A stretch of 64,000 nucleotides of DNA, from the NCBI RefSeq assembly GCF_004010195.1, contig NC_057718.1:100775637-100839636 (forward strand). The letters are read 5' to 3'. Both the position numbers and the translations under genes were made by a program. The notes below the pieces were generated by a model. The model was not told where the DNA came from. It did not search any database and saw only the letters and a program-made list of their open reading frames with translations. The stretch is from Chiloscyllium plagiosum. Its lineage: Eukaryota. This document shows positions 1 to 11,417 of the stretch, one piece after another; position 1 is the first letter of the stretch; every line of letters begins with the position of its first letter.

Positions 1-114
1 AAGAGGTGTAATCCAGGTAGCTGTGGGAGTCGGTGGGTTTGTAAAAAATGTCAGTGTCAAGTCGGTCGTCACTAATGGAGATGGAGAGGTCCAGGAAGGG
101 GAGGGAGGTGTCAG
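1..114 (-). mobile_element. Penelope-like element RT fragment
   Basis: The minus strand translates to DTSLPFLDLSISISDDRLDTDIFYKPTDSHSYLDYTS, a typical PLE RT motif. Confidence 0.85.
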
Positions 115-1065
115 AATTCAACCCAGGTAAGTTGACTCTGATTAGTCAAGACATTACCATGTAGGGTGCACCAAGAAAAAGCCGTGCCTGAAGCTTTCAT
201 TGGGTTGAAAAAAAATGGAAAAGGAGTGGCACTTTCATTCTGTTTCATAGGACTGAGTCCCGTGTGTGAACATATGTAGTTTCTAGCTCGTGAAAGTGAA
301 CCTCACTGCAAGCCTCACTGATAATGTTACATTGGTCATTGATGCCATTCTTAGCACAAATGTAATTGTTGAGTAAGTTTTGTCTAATCATGAATCATGT
401 CTAATGTTGGACCTGATATTCTGAGTTTTTCAAGCATGGGCTGCTTGTGTATCATTGTTACTCTGTCTGTTCAAATAGCCAAAAGGGCATACTATTTGAC
501 ACAATCTACCAGTTATTGGATGTATAGTCAACATAGCTTCAACTGAAATTCATACTTCTTATTTGCAGAACATCATTTGGCTCGACAGCCCGTCCTGTTA
601 ATGGAGAATGCCACTTGTGTTGCAATAGTAATGACATGAAACAGTTAAATTCACTTATTACTCAAATTTCTGAGATACTTTATCCTTCAATGGTTATTCA
701 AGATAGACCCGCCACTTTTCAAAGTGGCAGCTTTGAGCCCATTCATTCATCTGAACTCAATATTTGTGTATGCGATCCCAGCTCTTTAACTCTTTTTTTT
801 TAAATGATCAAAGTGCCTTGCAGAAGCAAAGAAGTTTAACACTGAGCCACATGAAGAGATATAAGGCAGGTGACCAAAAGCTGGCCAAAGAGGTATGGTT
901 AAGCCAAAAAAAGGAAAGTAAGATGGACAAGGGAGGGCACTAAGGAGGCATTTCCAGAGCTTAGGTCCTTGTCAGCTCACAGCACTAGCTGTCGAAGGTG
1001 GAATGATTAAAATCAGGGGTGCACAAGATGCCACATTTGTAAAACTGCAGTACTTTGAGAAGGTT

Positions 1066-1250
1066 AGGCGAAAGTGGGTACTGCAGATGCTGGAGATTAG
1101 AGTCAAGATTAGAGTAGTGCTGGAAAATCACAGCAGGTGAGGCAGCATTCGAGGAGCAGAAAAAGAGCTTTTGTCCGAAACGTCGATTTTCCTGCTCCTC
1201 GTATGCTGCTTGACCTGCTGTGCTTTTCCAGCACCACTCTAATCTCGACC
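1066..1250. mobile_element. Palindromic Penelope-derived short element, family A
   Basis: Inverted arms, flanked by the 11-bp direct repeat ttgagaaggtt (1055-1065, 1251-1261). Confidence 0.8.
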
Positions 1251-1846
1251 TTGAGAAGGTTGTAAGGCTGGATGGGATTAAAGATAAATGGACTTAAGCA
1301 ATGTCTTCTTTATTTAAATGCTATTTCCCCCATTTAAAAAATCAATCAATTTGTCAAACCAGACCAGCCTTTACAAATCTAGATTAGCCCACTTTCTAAA
1401 CCAAGTGACCAGCAAATTTGCTTTTTGTTTCGAATGCTATTACACTTGCACAACATTGAATACTATTCCTCTAACCTTTGGTTTCAGATGAGGTTTGTTC
1501 ATTTTGTACAGTTGCCTTCATAGTTAGTTATAATTTTCATCACTGAAAGCCTTGCATTACAGTATCTCGTACTCCACCTTTTTTCAATAAAAACTAATTC
1601 AGTTTTGAAAGTCTTTCTTCATGTTTAAAGTTTATGTCCTGAAAGTACCTTCGCTACACTTAACTAAATGTTCTTAAACATCTGAATATTCTTTTGACAA
1701 TAAGACATCAAAATGTACATTTTGCTCCCACGTAACCTTATTAATGGTCTAAACAAATAAAAATGTAATCACATTTACAAAAGAAGAAATGTTTGAAGTA
1801 ATGTAACAGAACAGTTAAGCATTTGCTTAGTATGGAGATGACTCAC

Positions 1847-1896
1847 CTCCTTTTCAGCAGGACTGCTTTTCTTTTTCGTTGTGCTGCTGTCTGTGT
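1847..1896 (-). CDS. SEL1L2: Coding exon 2 of the SEL1L2-like gene (NTDSSTTKKKSSPAEKE)
   Basis: On the minus strand: ttttcattttgattttattcatag| acceptor and GAG|gtgagt donor. 50 nt, phase 1 to 0, in frame with exon 1. A short phase 1-0 second exon matches recalled SEL1L/SEL1L2 structure. Confidence 0.6.
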
Positions 1897-2092
1897 CTAT
1901 GAATAAAATCAAAATGAAAAGAAAGTTAACTTTCAAGTTCTCAATGCAAATTTACAATTAAATTAGTAGAGTTTTAAAAGCATTATAAGACCATTAAAGA
2001 TAATGGATAGGAAAAGCATTCAATCCAGACTGGGTTTGAACATCAAACTCAAATGTGAGAGGGCAGTATCTAACCAATAATATTACAATCAC

Positions 2093-2306
2093 CAAAGCCA
2101 GAAGTCACATGACACCATGATTTAGTCCAAAAGGTTCATTTGAAATCACAAGCTTTTGGACCACTGCTGTTTCATCAGTCTTCACCTGACAAAGGAGCAG
2201 TGCTCTGAAAGCTTGTGATTTCAAATAAGCCTGTTGGATTAAAACTTGGTATCGTGTAATTTCTGACTTTGTCCACCTCAATTCAACATCGGTACCTCTA
2301 CATCAT
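2093..2306. mobile_element. Palindromic Penelope-derived element, family B
   Basis: Inverted arms (aaatcacaagctttt / aaagcttgtgattt) meeting at degenerate hammerhead cores; similar to 9273-9662 and 46780-46875. Confidence 0.7.
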
Positions 2307-2799
2307 TAAAAACCCAAATGATAATTCTTGTAAAGCTAATATTTTCCCCATGACAGTGCTAAAGACGAGGCAAAATTAGAAAACTTTTACTTAATGTTAG
2401 AAATGAAAACTTCAACAATCTCCAAAATATATCTCTTCTGAACATTTTGCCTTAGAGGATCTCAGGAAATATATCATGTTATTCTAAATTGTGTAATTCT
2501 TCAAACTAGGCTGGATTTTCCAGCTAATCTTTTGCACATTCTCTCACCCTTAAACTATTGTCAGTAACAACAATGAACTAACATTTTTACAAACTGTCTA
2601 TTGTATCTTGATATTGCTATTCTGATCCGAAGTTTCGGATTTTTCAAGAGTTGTTTGTTTTGCTAGACAACATGCTTATGACAGTGTGACCAATGTGTCC
2701 ATTGCAAGATGGTTCAAACCTAGTTAGTTCACATATTTAACAACATTAGGGGAAAAGGTTACATGATTAAGCTTTTAATGGACTTCATGAGACAGAGAG

Positions 2800-3600
2800 T
2801 AAAGTAGTTAGGTTTGTTGACAATAAGCTTGGTAGAAAGGCAAACTGTGAGGAAGTCACAAAGAGACAAAGACAAGTTGAGTGGACAGCAAAAACGAATG
2901 TGCACGATTACTCACTTTGGTCATTGAAAGAGCAGAATTACTTTTTTAAGATGCTAACTTGTTAACTGTTGGTCCTCAGAGAGAATACTAAAGGCTAACA
3001 TGCAAATGCAGCAAGCAATTAGGAAGACAAATAGTGTGTTGGAGTAGGACTGGAGAACAAGAATAAAGGAGTCTTGCTTTCATTATACAGGGCTTGTTGC
3101 GATCGCACCTGGAATACTATGTGCAATTTTAGTCTCCATATTTAAGGAAGGCTATCCTTGATTGGAGGCAGTACGGTGAAAGTTTACTAAATATATCTAG
3201 AATGTCCTATAATAGGCTGAGCAAATTTGGTTTATATTGTCTGTAGTTAGAAAAATGAGTGGCGATCTTATTAAAATATTGAAGATTATGAAAGGGCTTG
3301 ACTGGGTAGATACTGAGCTGTTGCTCCCCCTCACTGGGAAATCTAGAACAAGCGAGCACAGTTTCAAGATGAATATCCAATCATTTAGGACAGATATGAG
3401 GTAAGGTTTCTTCATTTAAACAAGTGAATTTTTGGAATTCTCCATGCCACTATCAAATATAAACAGGAAAGGTTTGGGGGGATATGGGCTGGGGGCAGGC
3501 AGGTGGGACTAGTTTAGTTTGGGATTACGGTCAGCAAGAACTGGTTGGACCAAAGGGTCTGTTTCCATGTTGTATGACTCGATGACTTGAAATATATTCA
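2800..3600 (+). mobile_element. Degraded CR1-type LINE 3' portion
   Basis: Remnant HLEYYVQF-SP motif and a CR1-type 3' tail ending gactcgatgact. Confidence 0.75.
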
Positions 3601-4140
3601 AAGCTGAATTAGACAGATTTTTGATTTCTCAGGAAAAAATGTAGTGCATTGTGCTTAACTTTTTTTATGTTATCTATCACACCCTTATGAGAACCTTTAA
3701 CTTAGTTGATCAGATCAATCTCCTCCATTGCCTAACTTCTATTGTCATGTTTAATTTGGTTGCCCTGTTAATCTACCGACTCATGGACATAACACCTTCA
3801 GCAACGTTGTTCTCTCTGTGATGCACCCCTATTTCAAGTAGTGAAGGTAAAGTTGGCATAGTCCCAGAGGATCAAAGGACCGTAGATTCTCATTAAAGAC
3901 CATAGAATCACAGACTCTCATTAAAGAGAGCCAACTGGTAGTGAGTTGCACCAGACGGTCACCACACCTAAGGTAAGGGGCAAGGTTGACAAGGCATGAC
4001 CTTCATGGTGATCTCAGCCAGAGAGGGAATTGAACTTCTGCTGTCAATGTGACTCTGTATTCAAAACCAACCATCCAACTAATTGGGCTAATTCTTTCCC
4101 TCACACCATCAGGAGTGACAATGTTGTTATTCTTTTATTA

Positions 4141-4495
4141 GGGTGTAGGTTTGCTCACTGAGCTGTAGGTTTGATATCCAGACGTTTCAATACCTGGCTA
4201 GGTAACATCATCAGTGGCGACCTCCAAGTGAAGTGAAGCTGTTGTCTCCTGCTTTCTATTTATATGTTTGTCCTGGATGGGGTTCCTGGGGTTTGTGGTG
4301 ATGTCATTTCCTGTTCGTTTTCTTAGGGGTTGATAGATGGTATCGAGATCTTTGTGTTTATGGCGTTATGGTTGGAGTGCCAGGCCTCTAGGAATTCTCT
4401 GGCATGTCTTTGCTTAGCCTGTCCCAGGATAGATGTGTTGTCCCAGTCGAAATGGTTTTTTTCCATCCGTGTGTAGGGCTACGAGGGAGATTTGT
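4141..4495 (-). mobile_element. Penelope-like element 3' fragment (GIY-YIG C-terminus plus terminal repeat), family C
   Basis: The minus strand encodes FDWDNTSILGQAKQRHAREFLEAWHSNHNAIN, followed by a hammerhead motif. Confidence 0.8.
4178..4217 (-). ncRNA. Minimal type I hammerhead ribozyme motif (family C)
   Basis: CCA CUGAUGA UGUUACCU-AGCC-AGGUAUU GAAA CG UC UGG; stem I is CCA/UGG and helix III is replaced by palindromic ACGU. Confidence 0.6.
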
Positions 4496-4513
4496 ATTTG
4501 TGAGCAGCAGATG

Positions 4514-4556
4514 TCTGATAATGGCAACTTTAAAAGTCTGATAATGGCAACTTTTA
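4514..4556. repeat. 23-bp-period tandem duplication
   Basis: gtctgataatggcaacttt occurs twice in tandem. Confidence 0.85.
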
Positions 4557-5027
4557 TTGCAAAGCAGGAAAGGTGAAGAAAGGAGAAACAAATGTGGGGA
4601 GCATCAGAAATAGAAGGCTTCTCAGCAATGTGATTCCTGCACAGTTGTACCAAGTATAAATGAGGCTTTATCAGAGGTCGTGTTACAGTAAAGAAAGAAA
4701 GGCCATGAAATATGCCTCTATATGGACCTCTGACATATTACATCCTATGCAGATGTATGCAGCACAAGCCATGTAAATATATTGGGATTCTATAACTGTG
4801 GCAGGAGTATTGCCACCTCGCCACCCCAAAACACTGAACATGCAGAAATACAGCATTGTGCAGAGATACACCCCAGTCCTGCAGAAAAAAATAAACTTAC
4901 TCTGCCCACTGAGTGAATGCTGAGAGCCATTTATCACCCTTATTGCACAGTTGAGATTATTGGGAAGATAGGAATACAATTTGTTGAAGCAGAAAACTGT
5001 TAACAGATGGTGCAGGTGTGACATTGT

Positions 5028-5350
5028 GGGCGGCACGGTGGCCCAGTGGTTAGCACTGCTGCCTCACAGCACCTGTAGACCCGGGTTCAATTCCCGACTC
5101 AGGCGACTGACTGTGTGGAGTTTGCACATTCTCCCCGTGTCTGCGTGGGTTTCCTCCGGGTGCTCCGGTTTCCTCCCACAGTCCAAAGATGTGCGGGTCA
5201 GGTGAATTGGCCATGCTAAATTGCCCGTAGTGTTAGGTTAAAGGGGTAAAGGTAGGGGTATGGGTGGGTTGCGCTTCGGCGGGTCGGTGTGGACTTGTTG
5301 GGCCGAAGGGCCTGTTTCCACACTGTAAGTAATCTAATTTAATCTAATTT
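5028..5350 (+). mobile_element. Full-length tRNA-derived SINE (HE1-like)
   Basis: A box TGGCCCAGTGG, B box GGTTCAATTCC, LINE-like 3' tail ending in aatct repeats. CpGs are retained, suggesting a young copy. Confidence 0.9.
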
Positions 5351-5950
5351 GGATACTATTCTAAGAGTGACAAAGGACTACTCTTCTTAAGCTTTCAGAC
5401 AGGAGTATATTGTTGAAACAGAAAACTGTTAACAGATGGTGCAGGTGTGATATTGATGTAGCAAAGGACCATACAGCAACATGTCTGCACCCTTGATTGT
5501 TCAATGCCTGGCTTTCTTCCTGTGCTAAAAGGCAAGAAAGAGATGCTGAGAGCTTGTAAGTTCTGAATGAAGCAGCGATGTGCTGAGGCAAGGCAGGGAT
5601 GCTGTGAGAGCCCATGTAAGTGCAAAGTCAATGAACACTAAGATCCCTGAGATACATCCTGTTCAGATGCATCAGATAGATTTGTGTTCTGTACACAAAG
5701 TGACTTGGCAGGAACATTTTAACATAAGGTGTTAAGGAGCTTCAACTGAGGTGCTGAATTGTCTTCCAAATTAGTTTGAGATTGGCCATGATAATGTGGT
5801 GAGGTTGGTGTTTTGCCAATACCAACTTTCATAGCTAAAAGGTGGAGACAGTCACTACCATGCAGTAAGCCAATGGCATGTTCAGAAATGAGGGTCAACA
5901 TAGAGTTTACCTAATTTCCTTTTGAAAAATATAATAGCTTGGATTTTTTT

Positions 5951-6170
5951 TTAGATTAGATTAGCTTACTTAGTATGGAAACACTATTTTTATTACTGAA
6001 AAGAACTGTACGGAATGAGTTGCTAGAGGAAGTGGTGGAGACTAGCATTATTGCAACATTTAAAAGGCATTTGGATGGGTATATGAATAGGAAGTGTTTG
6101 GATTGGGTTGGGATATCTGCTCGGCATGGGCGGGTTGGACCGAGGGGTCTGTTTCCATGCTGTGCAATTG
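5951..6170. mobile_element. SINE tail (minus) joined to CR1 3' end (plus)
   Basis: ttagattagattag...tggaaaca, then RNELLEEVVET...TFKRHLDGYMNRK. Confidence 0.75.
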
Positions 6171-6609
6171 GTGCTGTTTAGTCTCTCAACAATGCCCGAG
6201 AGAATCACACACTGCATGTAAATAAGGAGAGAATAGCTGATAGGATGCAAATGCAAGGTGGTAGGGTCCCCATTGTTTACTGGCAAGATTTGCATTTGGC
6301 CACCAAACTCTCATAGGGAAAATGCGACTTTTTTCTTCACATTGAGAATCTATTTTTCAACTCTTGCTGTATTCTCCCAAACTTCCCATCATTACCCACA
6401 GCACTCAAGGGCTGGGAAAATTCCACTGAACAACATGGCTGTTTGTTCAACATCCGGTTGAAATAAGTTCCAAATTTTTCTCACTACAGAGAAGACCATG
6501 CCCACTTCAGGCTGAGCACAATAGTTTGCAATGTCGACTCCCTACTGAATCCTGATTTTAATTCTGACCACTTATCACCTACTTCCATCACTATAAAAAT
6601 TATCCTCCT

Positions 6610-6790
6610 TTATTTTTGTTCACTTGGAGGATGTAGGTGTCACTGGCTGGACCACATTTTATTGCCTGTCCTTAATTGGTCTTGAGAAGGTGATGGTGAG
6701 CTGCCTTCTTGAACTATTGTAGTGCTGTAGATAGACCCACAATGTCATAAGGGATGGAATTCCAAGAAGTTTTTGATTTTGACCCTACTC
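6610..6790 (-). mobile_element. 3' end of an L2/CR1-like LINE family whose tail resembles the SacSINE1-like SINE tail
   Basis: gagaaggtgatggtgagctgccttcttgaac matches copies at about 38770, 25240 and 49000. Confidence 0.65.
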
Positions 6791-7898
6791 CTGAAGCATC
6801 TTTGCCTTTGTCACCTTCAGACTCAACTATCTTAATATTCTCCTAATTGGTCTCTCACCCTTCATAAGCTTCAGTTTATATAAACTCTGCAGTCTGAATC
6901 CTGCATTGCAGACTTCCTCACATATCATCCCTGCCCTCCTAATGGCTTCTAGTTGCTGAGCAACTGAAATTTCCCATCCATGTGCTTGAATCCCTTTGAA
7001 CTGCTTGCACGGAATCATTTTACAAGTGAGTTAAACCCAACAGAATCTCTTATTCCACAGGTTGTCTGGGGTTTGTTTCTTCATTCTCCTAAGAGAGAAG
7101 TGAGTGAAATATATGCCAATTTTTAACAAACATCGTAACATTGAGTGAAAACAAAACAAAATCTTTACTGATGGACAAAGATGCTCCTTATTAATATGAC
7201 CATTGCAACAAAGTGACGTTGGAATCAGTTTTATTACAGAAATAGACACATTCATAAATACAGTATTTGAGCAATTCTGCCAGCATAGTGTGAAATGGTG
7301 GGATAATGTTCCATGATTCCCACTGTACCTTAATTAAAACTATCATTTCTTCTGAGAACAATCTGGATAGGCCTGACCTCAATTTGAAAATGCTCTTTTT
7401 AGTATTAAAAAACTTGATTTCCACAGCATTTTGTAATACCGATAAATGTCCTTGGAAGTATAATTCAGAAAACAGACAAAGAATTAGGAGGGTTGACCAA
7501 AAGCTTAAACAGTGATTTTCTTTCATATGTTGTTTGTAATGAGGCAAGAGAAGTGATGAGGATTAGGTTGAAACTGTCACTTGTAGGGGCCGAGATATCA
7601 GAAGAGACAGTCTCCAGTAGAAGCACAATGAGAGAGGAGAATACACAAGAAGACTGAAGAAAAGCGATGATGAGGGATCTACTTGAGGCCATTAATATAA
7701 GACAAAGAAATCCAATAAGGAATTTGAAAGAAACTTCTTTACCTAAAGAGTGGTGAGATAGTGGAACTCTCCACCACCACAGCAAGTGGTTCGAGCAAAC
7801 AGTATGGATACATTTAAGAGAAGCCAAAACACACATATATTCAAATAAAACAAAATAATTTTAATTCTGGAAAAAAATGTGAAACAATTACAAAGAAA

Positions 7899-9090
7899 GC
7901 TAACGTGGTGCCACTATTTAAGAAAGGTGGTAAGGACACGCCAGGGAACTATAGACCAGTGAGCCCGATGTTGGTGGCGAGTAAGTTGTTAGAGGGAATC
8001 CTGAGGGACAGGATGCACATGTATTTGGAAAGGCAAGGACTGATTAGGGATAGTTAACACGACTTTGTGCACGGGAAACCATGTCTCGCAAACTTGATTG
8101 AGTTTTTTGAAGAAGCAACAAAGAGGATTGATGAGGGCAGAGCAGTAGATGTGACCTATATGGATTTCAGTAAGGCATTCGACAAGGTTCCCCACGTGAG
8201 ACTGGTTAGCAAGGTTAGATCTCATGGAATACAGGGAGAACTAGCTATTTGGATACAGAACTGGCTCAAAGATAGAAGACAGAGGGTGGTGGTGGAGGGT
8301 TGTTTTTCACACTGGAGGCCAGTGCAGTGCCACAAGGATCAATGCTGGGTCCGCTACTTTTTATCATTTATATAAATGACTTGGATGTGAACATAAAAGG
8401 TATAGTTAGTAAGTTTGCTGATGACACCAAAATTGGAGGTGTAATCGACAGCGAATAAAGTTACCTCGGATTATAACAGGATTTTGATCAGATGGGCCAA
8501 TGGGCTGAGGAGTGGCAGATGGAGTTTAATTTAGATAAATGCGTGGTGCTGCATTTTGGGAAAGCAAATCTTAGCAGACTTATACATTTAATGGTAAGGT
8601 CCTAGGGAGTGTTGCTGAACAAAGAGACCTTGGAGTGCAGGTTCATAGCTCCTTGAAAGTAGAGTCACACATAGATAGGATAGTGAAGATGTTTGGTATG
8701 CTTTCCTTTATTGGTCAGAGTACTGAGTACAGGAGTTGGGAGGTCATATTGCAGCTGTACAGGACACTGCTGAGGCCACTTTTGGAATATTGCGTGCAAT
8801 TCTGGTCTCCTTCCTATCGGAAGGATGTTGTGAAACTTTAAAGGGATAAGCAAAGATTTACAAGAGTGTTGCCAGGGTTGGAGGATTTGAGCTATGGGAA
8901 GAGGCTAAATAGGCTGGGGCTGTTTTCCCTGGAGCGTTGGAGGCTGTGGGGTGACCTAAGCGGCTTATAAAATCATGAGGGGCATGGATAGGATAAATAG
9001 ACAAGGTCTTTTCCCTGGCCTGGGGGAATCCCGAACTTAGAGGGCATAGGGTTAGGGTCAGAGGGGAAAGCTATAAAAGAGACCTAAGGT
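7899..9090 (+). mobile_element. CR1-type (HER1-like) LINE ORF2 RT fragment
   Basis: ORFs with CLANLIEFFEE, YMDFSKAFDKVPH, FADDTK and LEYCVQFWSP; frameshifted. Confidence 0.95.
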
Positions 9091-9272
9091 GTTGGAGGCT
9101 GCCACGATTGAAAGAAGGATGTGATTAAACTGGTGAGGGTGCAGAGGATATTCAGCAGGATGTTGTCTGGGCTGGAGTGATTCAGCTATGAAGGGCGACT
9201 AGATACACTGAGATTATATTTCTTACAGCAGAGAAGACTGAGGGATTTGATTAAGGTTACAAACTTCACAGG

Positions 9273-9662
9273 GTTAAAAATCACACAACTCCAGGTTATA
9301 TTCCATCAGGTTATTGTGGAGGACACAATTGTAAGGCACAGAATTTATAGCAAAAATTTACAGTGTGATGTACCTGAAATTATACATTGAAAAATACCTT
9401 GATTGTCTGTTGAGTCTTTCATCTGTTCGAATACCATAATAATTCCACTTCTTTCATGTGTAAATCACAAACCCTTTTTTTAAAAGTTGCATTCTCAGGT
9501 TAGCTGTAACAATTGATGTTAGCTAGACAATATGTTGAAGGTGATAAAGGAGCGGCGCTCCAAAAGCTAGTGTGTTTCCAATTAAACCTGTTGGACTATA
9601 ACCTGGTGTTGTGTGATTTTTAACTTTGTACACCCCAGTCCAACACCGGCATCTCCAAATCA
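9273..9662. mobile_element. Penelope-derived element family B with inverted ends
   Basis: gttaaaaatcacacaactccaggttata / tataacctggtgttgtgtgatttttaac; 12-bp direct repeat aaacttcacagg (9261-9272, 9663-9674). Confidence 0.8.
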
Positions 9663-9967
9663 AAACTTCACAGGTGCATAGACAGGTCAATAGGGAGAAA
9701 CATTACCCCTTAGCAGGGAGGTCAATCACCAGGGGAGACAGTTGAACAGCTGAGGGTTTAGAGGCCATTTGAGGAAATCAAATTTCACCCAGAGAATGGT
9801 GCATATCTGGAACTCGGTGCCTATGATACCTCAAGATATTTAAGTATTTTGACAAATATTTGAAACACTATAGCATACAAGGCTACAGTATGCTGGAAAA
9901 TGGGATTCGAATGGATGGATGTTTGATGACTGCTGTGGCCACAATAGGCTGACTGGCATCTTTCTGT

Positions 9968-10058
9968 TGAAAAATGTGGTGCTGGAAAAACACAGCAGGC
10001 CAGGCAGCATCCGAGGAGCAGGAGAATCGACGTTTCAAGCATAAGCCCTTCTTCAGGA
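9968..10058 (-). mobile_element. Single-arm family A element
   Basis: Family A sequence with a hammerhead core; 10-bp direct repeat atctttctgt (9958-9967, 10059-10068). Confidence 0.8.
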
Positions 10059-10320
10059 ATCTTTCTGTGTTGTAAAAACTCTCTGCCTCCTATCCTCTCT
10101 GAAGAATCTTCAGAAGTCAACAGAGTTAGAGACCAGGAGCAAACGCTGGCAAGAACGATGAGCAGAACGACCCATTCCATTCCAGCCTACCGAGTAACCA
10201 TGAACTGAAGTCATTCAGACAGCAAAACTATCTGCAGGATGAATTACTACAGCAGGCTTGAGCTTGATGCCAGGATGTGTGATGACACAAGCTCAAGAGA
10301 AACACTTCAAATTGTCTTAT

Positions 10321-10450
10321 AAAACAAAGGAATTCGGGTGCTGGAGAGCTGGAACTAAAACAGAAATTGCTGGAGAAACTCAGCAAATCTGGCAGCACCT
10401 ATGAAGAGAGAACAAAGTTAACATCTCAGGTCTAGTGGCCCTCCTTCAGA
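10321..10450 (-). mobile_element. Older family A-related element
   Basis: gctggagaaactcagcaaatctggcagca, similar to 17597-17692 and 47520-47708. Confidence 0.6.
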
Positions 10451-10585
10451 ATTGACAGCAACTAGGAATTTAAATTATTTTGTCTTCCAAAGCAGAATTA
10501 TCAGTACCATTGACAGAGATGATTAATAGTAAATTGATAACCTCAACCACCTTCCCCCCCCCATCCAGTGATCATGACTACCTAC

Positions 10586-10670
10586 TTCCCAAGCCTGGTG
10601 GGATGATGAGGAGCAGCAGCACTATCAGTAAGCTGGAGCAGGGCCTGTCCCTGTGCAGTGCCATGCCCAT
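10586..10670 (-). CDS. SEL1L2: Coding exon 1 of a secreted/ER protein with signal peptide (MGMALHRDRPCSSLLIVLLLLIIPPGLG), probably SEL1L2-like
   Basis: Hydrophobic core LLIVLLLLII, phase-1 donor GGAA|gtaggt, head-to-head with the MACROD gene as SEL1L2 is with MACROD2 in human. Identity rests on synteny, not sequence similarity. Confidence 0.55.
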
Positions 10671-10699
10671 CCTGAGCCTGGGATTCTGCACCAACGCCT

Positions 10700-11392
10700 G
10701 AGCATCCTTTCAAAACCAACTCCCCCTTCTCCACCTCCCGTCGCTAGGCAACCGTCGCCGGGCGACCACCGCGCCATCCTCCGCCAATCGGATGACCGGG
10801 CTGCACCCCCGACCCCTGACCCGGAACCTCATTTATTGACAACCCCGCCCATCAACCGGCTACCCATTCACCCCGGCTAACGGCCCATTCTCGAAATAGT
10901 TCCGTCTCTTTCAAACACCGCATCAAATGGAGATTTGCGACAGAGATTTTTTAAAATAAAATAGCGACGGTCTGCATTCCCTCTCCCGCACCGACTAAAA
11001 CCCTCACGCGGAGCAATCGCTGCGAAGGCAAAAAAAACTTAGGCGTAATCGTACTTGATAGTTGGAGGGGGCGGGGATGGGGCACGGGTTCACCAATAGA
11101 GGATGGGGAGATATTGACGGACGTGCAGAGTGACCAATAGACGCCGCGGGTGCGCGTGGAGTCCCCGCCTTGGGGAGGGGCGTGGTCGAAAGCATCACGC
11201 TTGGTTGAGGGGGCGTTGCTGCCTGAAGAACAGGCGGTGGGTTTTGCTGTCAGCTTGGCCGGGAGATAGTGTGTCTGTGTGTGGGGATAATTTAAACATC
11301 TCTATCAGACCGAGGCACTTGGCTTTCTGTTACGTCGATTCCTGGAGTTCAGCAATACAAGGAGAGGAACACGAGGAGAGTGAAAAAAAAAC
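10700..11392. promoter_or_regulatory. CpG-island bidirectional promoter
   Basis: The main CpG-dense region of the window, lying between two divergent ATGs (10670 and 11393). CCAAT boxes at 10784, 11093 and 11134, a GC box at 11067-11076, X-box-like motifs at 10740-10766. Confidence 0.8.
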
Positions 11393-11417
11393 ATGCCCAA
11401 GGAGAAGAAATCCACAG
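11393..11417 (+). CDS. MACROD2: MACROD-family ADP-ribose glycohydrolase, putative coding exon 1 (MPKEKKST)
   Basis: ATG in the context aaacATG just downstream of the CpG island. Donor ACAG|gtgggt is phase 1 and splices in frame to the downstream exons. The Lys-rich start resembles MACROD2 MYPSNKKKK. Confidence 0.6.

Larger units (their letters stand above)
9095..10080 (+). mobile_element. Older CR1-type 3' fragment interrupted by two Penelope-derived insertions
   Basis: LxRVQRIFSRMLSGL motif; the sequence continues across the insertions at 9273-9662 and 9968-10058. Confidence 0.65.

Noticed and set aside
5028..5100. tRNA-like sequences here and in the other SINE heads
   Set aside because: They are SINE heads continuous with SINE bodies, not tRNA genes.
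9821..10180. Minus-strand ORF starting with a signal-peptide-like MEWVVLLIVLASVCSWS
   Set aside because: No convincing splice donor follows, and the ORF runs through a LINE tail and a family A repeat. The exon at 10586-10670 fits better.
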